Below, piece by piece: positions 57,844 to 64,000 of a DNA stretch of 64,000 nt. The notes under the pieces were generated by a model that saw only the letters and a program-made list of their open reading frames with translations, searched no databases and was not told the origin of the DNA. Each line of letters begins with the position of its first letter. Positions within the stretch are counted from its first letter, which is position 1. A program made the translations under genes and the position numbers. The DNA is from an uncultured Gemmatimonadales bacterium (lineage in GTDB: Bacteria; Gemmatimonadota; Gemmatimonadetes; Gemmatimonadales; GWC2-71-9), in contig CAVVKJ010000010.1 in NCBI GenBank assembly GCA_963748815.1, positions 1,088,001-1,152,000 on the forward strand. Reading direction: 5' to 3'.

Positions 57844-57982
57844 CTACGACCGCGTGCACCCAACGGTGCAGCCGTCAAGGAAGCCGCTGCCGAGAAACGC
57901 CACCGTCCCCATCGGCGCCAGTGCCGACGAGGGTGAGGGCCCGAAGGTCCCCGAACCGCTGAAGAGCAGGCTTCTGATACAT
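57844..57982 (-). CDS. Lasso peptide precursor A2 (one extra base near 57894)
   Basis: AAGGAG RBS; MYQKPALQRFGDLRALTL leader (YxxPxLxxxGxxxxxT); corrected core VGTGADGDGGVFGSGFLDGCTVGCTRS. Confidence 0.85.
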
Positions 57983-58036
57983 GATGCGCTCCTTCGAACA
58001 GTATTCACGGGCAGCTGGCCCGCACAGCCCACGGCC

Positions 58037-59999
58037 TCATGCCGCAGGAAACTCCACTGCCCGGTCGCTTGACCCGATGGAGGACAGTGACCGGCGATTC
58101 ACGTTGTTCCAGCCCACGCAGCCAAAATTCGGTCTTGATCGTGTGAAAGAGGTTCACTCTCACGAACTCGTTGCACCAGTCACTGGAGTAACTGTCCACC
58201 GCCCTCCGGAGGGCCGGCAAGTCCACGATGCCAAGTTCCGCGAGTCGCAGCGGTTCGGAGAAGAGTTTCGCGAATAGTGCCGGATAGGATTCGCTCATCC
58301 GGCGTTGTGAGAATCCGATGGTCATTCCCGTTCGGTGAGGTCGCGGCGCCAAGACCGATTCCGGCAGCAAGCCAACCATCGCCTGGCGGAGGAGGATCTT
58401 GGTCTCGGTGCCGTCAGCACGCTCGGCAATTGGCCGCCGAAGTGCGAAGTCCACGATCCTCAAGTCCAGCAGCGGCGATCGAACCTCGACCCCTTCTTGT
58501 AGCAGCGGACCCCGCATGAACGCCCCACCCCACCCCCAAACCGGCAGCGTGAGGTAGAGCAGGCTCTCGGTCTGCGCCAGTCCGTGGCCTCGTACCCTCC
58601 CGAACACCGAAAGATCCCGCTCGCGCAGGCTGCTGCACGGCCAGGAACTCCGGGCGAACCCATGTCGCCGGGGCGCGCTCGAGGTAGTGCCGGGGGAGCC
58701 GGTGCCCGAGCACTCGCTCCCCAAATTGGACGACCGATCGGGGAAGGAGTGGCAGCACTCCGGCTCGGACGAGGTGCCGCCAGCCGCGCGGCCATCGCGT
58801 CCGCGCCGAGCTTCAACGAACTCCCCCCAGCGGCCGGTTCGGAGCAGGTCCGCAAGCAGGACGTCTGACACCTGGAAGAGCTGATCGCCACCACATCCGT
58901 CCAGCGTGACCCGTGCGCCGGCGCGGCGCGTGCCCTGCGCAAGGCCTCGATTCCAGAGTTCGTACAAATGCGCCGGCGGCTCGTCGTACTGTGCCGCGCG
59001 GTCCTCAAGTCGTTCGAGCATCTGGAGATCGTCGCTCTGGAGCCAATGAACCTCAGCCTTCCAGTGCTCAGCGACCTGACGTGATGAACTCGTCCTCGTG
59101 GCCTGGGTCACCCTCCGGATAACTGATCGACACCGGACGAAGTCGTGGCCGTGTCTCGGGGGTCAGGGCATGTTGACCGGCGCGCAAAGACAGCCGTCGA
59201 GTCCCAGCCACCGCTCATCCAGACCGTGCGTCACGCCGCTGGCAGAGCCGTTGGGAGACGGCCGTGCACAGCAGTTCCCGAAGTTCATCTGCGGCCTCAG
59301 CGGACGGCGCTGGATGCCGGTCGGGAGCCTCCCGAGGTTGCCACCAGGTCGCCGTCGCTGCGTCGCCGTCCCGCCAGACGACTCTACGCCCGGGGAGAAG
59401 CGTGTCAACTCCCCTGATACGCTGTGTCCATTCCGTTCGACCATGCCAACCCGGCGACTTGGCCGCCGAGATTGGCCAGGTTCAGCTGGTTGGTCGTGCC
59501 CCGCAGTTCTGCCAGCGCCCGGCAGGAGGAGGCCACGGCAATCCCGGAGCCGAGGCTCGCGCACAAAAAGTGGGCGCCCACCGATCGGGTCCCGCGCCGC
59601 GAGCAGGGTTCGGCGGCGGCGGTCCCAGATCACGAACGCGTAGTCACCGTTCAGGTGGTGGACCATCTCCGAGCCCCACGCGCGGTAGGCCGCTTCCAGG
59701 TAGTGGCTCGCCGTCTCGCCCCGCGCTCGCACGCCAGCCGTCGAGAGCTTCCGCGCGAGTCCCTTCTTGTCAAAGAGCGAGGCGTCCGCCGCCACCACCA
59801 GGTCTGGCGTCTCGAGTACCAGCACGTCGACCGCTGAAATCGTCGTCGAGCTGCCATTCCTTCCGCGTCACGACGAGGAGCGCGTCCTCCTCCGACCAGA
59901 CCTGCTCCCGGTCGCCGCCGAGGTAGCGGAGCGGCGCCGAGCGCCGACTCCACCCGGGAGTCGCGCACCTGACCGATCGACCGCGAGGATGCCGCTCAT
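58037..59999 (-). CDS. Lasso cyclase (asparagine synthetase-like; frameshifted; 3' end approximate)
   Basis: MSGIL start (no catalytic Cys), GDYAFVIWD..AARDPIG, SGGWDST, DGCGGDQLF, EVRSPLLD. Confidence 0.85.
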
Positions 60000-60448
60000 G
60001 GCGCCAGCGCCGAGAAATCGTGCAGCGGCGTGAAGCGGCTGCACCCGCGACCTGCTCGTCACCGATGACCCGGCCCTCGAGCTCGATCCAGGCGTGGGCC
60101 AGCAGCTCCCCCGCAACCTGCGCCACGCCGACCCGGACGACGGCGGGCCCGGCGTTGGCCCGCCGGATCTGGCGCTCCAGCGCCACCGCCCGGACGAGGC
60201 AGGTGGGCCGGAAGAGTCCGAAGCGGGCCACGCGGTCCACCGCCAGGGCCAGCCGCTCCAGACGCGCATCGTTGCGGACACCCGCTCGCCGTCGGTGCCG
60301 CGCTCAGCGGGCGGAGCAGCTCGCCCTTCGGGCGTCGCCGGATCGTCCAGAGCGCCGCCAGGAGATACCACTGGGCGAGGACCAGGTCGGCAAACTCCCG
60401 CGGCGTGAGGGTGAAGAGCCTCCTCACGACACCGCATCCAGCGGTCAA
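59996..60448 (-). CDS. Lasso leader peptidase B2 (transglutaminase-like; frameshifted)
   Basis: TCLVRAVAL..VRVGV..AHAWIE; TGA overlaps cyclase ATG. Confidence 0.85.
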
Positions 60449-60765
60449 ACACCGGCGTCGTCCTCACGTCGACGTCCACCAGCAGCTTGGCCTCGCGGAG
60501 CTGATCGAGCAGTTCCGATGACATCCGCCGCGAGCTGCGCTCCGGGGACGTCGGGATAGACCTGTCCGAGCCGTGCGCAGAGATCTTCCAGGCTGGCGCA
60601 CGCAGGTGGCAGCAACTGCCAGATCCGCGCACCAACATCATTGAGCCCGAAGTAGATCTCATCCTCCATCTGCAGGAGGACGGCGCCTTCGGAGACTTCC
60701 CGGAACATGACGGCCGGGTGGGGACGAGGAAGAATGGTCGGAGCCTCCGCATGAGCGCGGTTCAC
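60445..60765 (-). CDS. PqqD-family RiPP recognition element (lasso B1)
   Basis: EGAVLL..EIYFGLNDVGARIWQLL..L.DV.ELLDQLREAKLL. Confidence 0.85.
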   Translation of the reverse strand: MNRAHAEAPTILPRPHPAVMFREVSEGAVLLQMEDEIYFGLNDVGARIWQLLPPACASLEDLCARLGQVYPDVPGAQLAADVIGTARSAPRGQAAGGRRREDDAGV

Positions 60766-61087
60766 GGGAAATCCCGGATTCGAATTGATTGAGGAACGCC
60801 GGGGCCTCCGGCGAGAGAAGAGCTTGAGGCAAGGACAATTCCCGAACTGCCACCGTGTCGGGAGTCGCCACAAATGCTTGTCAGTGAATGGCTTAGAAAC
60901 TGATGCCACGGGGGATTCGGCGCCCGTGCCGAGTCATCGGCGCCGAGCCGGATCCACGGGAATGTCGGGGGGGCACGACACGACTGCAGAGAGTTGTCAG
61001 TGCACGGGGCTGTCTGTGCGGTGTTGGCTCCTGGGCGAGAGACCGGACGGGCTCGTGTGCGAACCGCCCAGTCTCCCAGAACGTGGC

Positions 61088-61229
61088 CTACGATCTCCCG
61101 GCGCACCCGATGGTGACAACCATCGATGTACCCGGTGCCGAAGATGCCACCGTCCCCATCGGGACCGAGCCCGATGAGTGTGAGGGCCCGAAGGTCCCCA
61201 AACCGCCGAAGTACGGGTTTCTCGTACAA
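61088..61229 (-). CDS. Lasso peptide precursor A1 (TTG start; one extra base near 61115)
   Basis: AGGAG RBS; MYEKPVLRRFGDLRALTL leader; corrected core IGLGPDGDGGIFGTGYIDGCTIGCAGRS. Confidence 0.85.
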
Positions 61230-61339
61230 GCGGGCTCCTGGGAAGAGTGTCACGGGCAACTGGCCCGCACAGTTCGCGACATGGCGCCGCGCCGACCGTG
61301 ACAGACGGTCAAGCGCCCCGCTCGTCACCAGCGGTAAGG

Positions 61340-61355
61340 GCAACTCCCGTTCCAG
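61340..61355 (-). promoter_or_regulatory. Putative sigma-54 promoter of lasso operon
   Basis: CTGGAAC-GGGAG-TTGC on minus strand about 110 nt upstream of A1. Confidence 0.55.
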
Positions 61356-61414
61356 TGATCACGGTCGATGCGGCCAATTGCGCTTCGGAAGACCGCTTGA
61401 CCAAGCAGTTGCAA

Positions 61415-61427
61415 TATCAACACTTTA
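61415..61427. promoter_or_regulatory. IHF consensus site
   Basis: TATCAA-CACT-TTA matches WATCAANNNNTTR. Confidence 0.45.
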
Positions 61428-61584
61428 GGAGCGGTGATCCTCGAGATGGACCGTGCAAATTGTGATGTGGACAACCGGGGAGCCGAGTACCGCAGCGACT
61501 ACGCCACACTTCCCGACACACAACACCCCGTCCCTCCTCTCGGAGAGCGGGGCTTGTGCACTCCCCCGGACCGACCCTCCGGGG

Positions 61585-61986
61585 TCAGACCCGCGCGTTC
61601 GCCACCGCGCGGACCACGTCGCTCTGCGAGATGACTCCCAGCAACTCGCCGTCCTTCTCGACGAAGAGCCGGTGCACGTTGGCGTAGAGCATCTGCTGCG
61701 CCGCCTGCTTCACCTCCGCCTGCGGCTCGATGGTCATCGGCTTCGGCGTCATCAGGTCCCGTACCAGCATGTTCTCGAACATCGCCCCCGCCTCGGCGTC
61801 GACGCCCCGCTCCGCCAACGCGGTCAGGATGTCGCTCGTGGAGAGCACCCCCACCAGGTGCAGGCTGGCATCCACCACCGGCAACCCGGTCACGTGCGCG
61901 TCGGCCAGGGAAATGATCGCTTCGGACATCGGGCTGTCACTGGGGATCGTCACCAGGTTGGACTGCATCAGCTCACTGACTCGCAT
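61585..61986 (-). CDS. CBS domain pair protein
   Basis: VSELM, GLPVVD..LVGVLSTSD, VRDLMT, LLGVISQSD. Confidence 0.9.
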   Translation of the reverse strand: MRVSELMQSNLVTIPSDSPMSEAIISLADAHVTGLPVVDASLHLVGVLSTSDILTALAERGVDAEAGAMFENMLVRDLMTPKPMTIEPQAEVKQAAQQMLYANVHRLFVEKDGELLGVISQSDVVRAVANARV

Positions 61987-62267
61987 AACGACCTCCCGCT
62001 AGGGTCACCTGCAACCTACCCCCCTCCAACGTGCCACACCGTGAACCACCCGTGAACGGGCCTTCACGCAACCATCACCATCCCTTTACCCGGCCGGTCC
62101 AGATTCCCAATCATGCGCACCCGCCCCCGCCCGACCCCTGAGTTCCTCGAGGAATTCCCCTGGCTGGCCCCGGATCCCGAGGCCGCCGAGCGTGACTCTT
62201 ACCGCCCCCATCCCAAGGCCCTCGTGCACCCGGTTCGGCAGTGGCCCCGTCGGCGGAAGGCTCAGGC

Positions 62268-63143
62268 TCAACCCTCCCCCAAGGGGGGGTGAAGGGCCAG
62301 CACCGGCACGTCGGAGCCACGCACCACCTTGTCGGTCACACTCCCCAGCACCAATCGCTTGACCCCCACCGCGCCCCGCGTGGCGATGGCCACGCAGTCG
62401 GTGGCCTCCGGTCGTGCCTGGTCCAGGATCGCCTGCGCCGGCGAGTCCGACACCACCACCGTGGTGCTCACCCGGCAGCCGCGCCGCTCCAGCCGATCCG
62501 CGACTTCGTCCAGATAGATTGCCGCCGCACTCCGGCCCTGCGCCGCCGCGTTGGCCTCCGGGGTCACGACCCGCAACAGCGCCAGCTCGGCCGTCGGCGG
62601 CGGGCAGAGCGCCAGCGCCGGCTCGATAACCGCTTCGGCCCGCTCCGACCCGTCGAGCGCAATCAGCATCCGCCGAAACGCCATCCGGCTCTCCTGCACC
62701 GTCTCCTCCTTGTGCCTGAGCAGCAGGAGCGGCACGTCAAGATGCCGCAGCAGGTGATCGGCCACACTCCCCAGCCAGAACCGGCTCACGGCGCCGCGGC
62801 CGTGCGTGGTCATCACCACCATCCCCGCCCCGATCCGGGTCACATACGCTGCGAGCGTCTCGGCGACCGGGCCGTCCAGGATCTTCGTTTCGGTGTGAAT
62901 GCCGTAGTGGAGACGCATCCGCTCCGCGAGTTGCACCAGGTACTGCTCCTCGCCCTCCCGGGCCAGGCGATCGAGGTCGTCGATGGCCGTCGCCATCGCC
63001 GCCGAGTCCGCGCTTGGAGCGACCGGGTGGTGAACCAGCGCCATATGGAGCACGGCGCCGGTGCGGCGTGCGGTGGCGCAGGCGGCGCGCAACGACTCCT
63101 CCGCGAGCCGGGATCCGTCGAGCGGGGTCAGGATGGCGCGCAC
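62268..63143 (-). CDS. Universal stress protein (tandem USP)
   Basis: ILTPLDGS, MTTHGRG..WLGSVAD, LVLGSVTDKVVR. Confidence 0.9.
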   Translation of the reverse strand: MRAILTPLDGSRLAEESLRAACATARRTGAVLHMALVHHPVAPSADSAAMATAIDDLDRLAREGEEQYLVQLAERMRLHYGIHTETKILDGPVAETLAAYVTRIGAGMVVMTTHGRGAVSRFWLGSVADHLLRHLDVPLLLLRHKEETVQESRMAFRRMLIALDGSERAEAVIEPALALCPPPTAELALLRVVTPEANAAAQGRSAAAIYLDEVADRLERRGCRVSTTVVVSDSPAQAILDQARPEATDCVAIATRGAVGVKRLVLGSVTDKVVRGSDVPVLALHPPLGEG

Positions 63144-63237
63144 AGGGGCTTCTCCTCGGGGAGAGGGATGCTGGAACGTGGGCCACCGAGTATGAAGGAA
63201 GGTTGAAATCAGATGGAACGGGCCTTCCGGCCCAGAG

Positions 63238-64000
63238 TCAGGCGAGGGTCTCGCGCATCTCCCCAATGAACGCGTCGACGTCATCTTCCGTCGTGTCGAA
63301 CGAGCACATCCACCGCACCTCCCCCGCCCCCTCGTCCCACATATAAAAGAATCGCCGGGCCTGCAGCGCCGCAATCCGGCCCTTCGGCAGGCGGGCAAAG
63401 ACGGCGTTCGCATCCACCGGCTGCGTGACCGTCACCCCGGGTACCGTGGCCGCTCCCTCGGCGAGGCGCCGGGCCATCCGGTTGGCGTGCCGCGCGTTCC
63501 GCGACCAGAGTCCGTCGCGGAGGAGCGCCGCGAACTGCGCCGCGACGAATCGCATCTTGGAGGGGAGCTGCATCGCCTGCTTGCGGCCGAAGCGGACCGC
63601 CTCGTCCCGCCCCGCGTCAAAGAAGACGACGGCCTCCGCCGCCATGGCGCCGTTCTTGGTGCCGCCGAACGAGAGCACATCCACCCCCACATCAGCGGTC
63701 AGCGCGCGGAGTGGGAGGTCGAGCGCCGCCGCCGCGTTGCCGAGCCGGGCCCCATCCATGTGCAGGAGGAGCTGGTGCTCCTTCGCCACCACCGAGAGCG
63801 CATGGATCTCCTCCGCGGTGTAGACCGTGCCGTACTCGGTGGACTGGCTGATGGAGATGACGCGGGGCCGAACGTGGTGGGCGGCGTGATCGATGCTGAC
63901 CGCGGATGCCGCGGCCCGAACCTGCTCCGGTCGGAGCTTGCCATCGGCGGTCGTGAGGGGAATGAGCTTGCAGCCGATGAACCGTTCAGGCGCGCCGCAC
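63238..64000 (-). CDS. ltaE: Low-specificity L-threonine aldolase, partial
   Basis: SISQSTEYGTVY, HMDGARL, SFGGTKNG, KQAMQLPSKMRF. Confidence 0.9.
   Translation of the reverse strand, partial: CGAPERFIGCKLIPLTTADGKLRPEQVRAAASAVSIDHAAHHVRPRVISISQSTEYGTVYTAEEIHALSVVAKEHQLLLHMDGARLGNAAAALDLPLRALTADVGVDVLSFGGTKNGAMAAEAVVFFDAGRDEAVRFGRKQAMQLPSKMRFVAAQFAALLRDGLWSRNARHANRMARRLAEGAATVPGVTVTQPVDANAVFARLPKGRIAALQARRFFYMWDEGAGEVRWMCSFDTTEDDVDAFIGEMRETLA

Noticed and set aside
57844..58032. 62-aa ORF MGCAGQLP... and 193-aa ORF 60762..61343 as called in the ORF track
   Set aside because: Each is a chimera containing only half of a real precursor because of a one-base insertion; RBS and paralogue alignment support the shorter corrected genes
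58037..59999. Housekeeping asparagine synthetase AsnB
   Set aside because: No N-terminal catalytic Cys and flanked by RRE, B2 peptidase and precursors; lasso cyclase fits better
60445..60765. PQQ biosynthesis gene
   Set aside because: No pqqB/C/E nearby; the PqqD fold here acts as the lasso RRE
49943..61580. Active integrative element or prophage at tRNA-Arg
   Set aside because: No integrase, transposase or phage genes and no duplicated tRNA 3' end found

Overview
High-GC bacterial chromosomal window. Gene content and style suggest Gemmatimonadota (inference). Many single-base indels break essential genes (dnaE, atpA/D/G, accA, metG, pdhC), so most frameshifts are probably long-read errors. 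The backbone carries lipA-pdhABC-lpdA-lipB, dnaE-accA-ricT-metG, lemA/TPM, waaA, F1 atpAGDC, mlaEFD, a sigma-70 factor and a 7-tRNA operon. Two accessory regions stand out. (1) An array of six tandem outer-membrane beta-barrel paralogues (5.0-9.7 kb). (2) An ~11.6 kb island (49.95-61.55 kb) right after tRNA-Arg(CCG) encoding an apparently complete lasso-peptide system: RRE, leader peptidase, cyclase, HPr-kinase-like kinase, ABC exporter, nucleotidyltransferase and two paralogous Ig-repeat lipoproteins. It has two precursor genes that the ORF track does not call correctly. Each is restored by removing one base. Their predicted cores start with Val/Ile, have Asp8, a tail CxxxC and a C-terminal Ser, which suggests disulfide-containing (class IV-like), phosphorylated and possibly glycosylated lasso peptides. 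Both precursors share a 5' hairpin, and a sigma-54/IHF-like promoter precedes the cluster.
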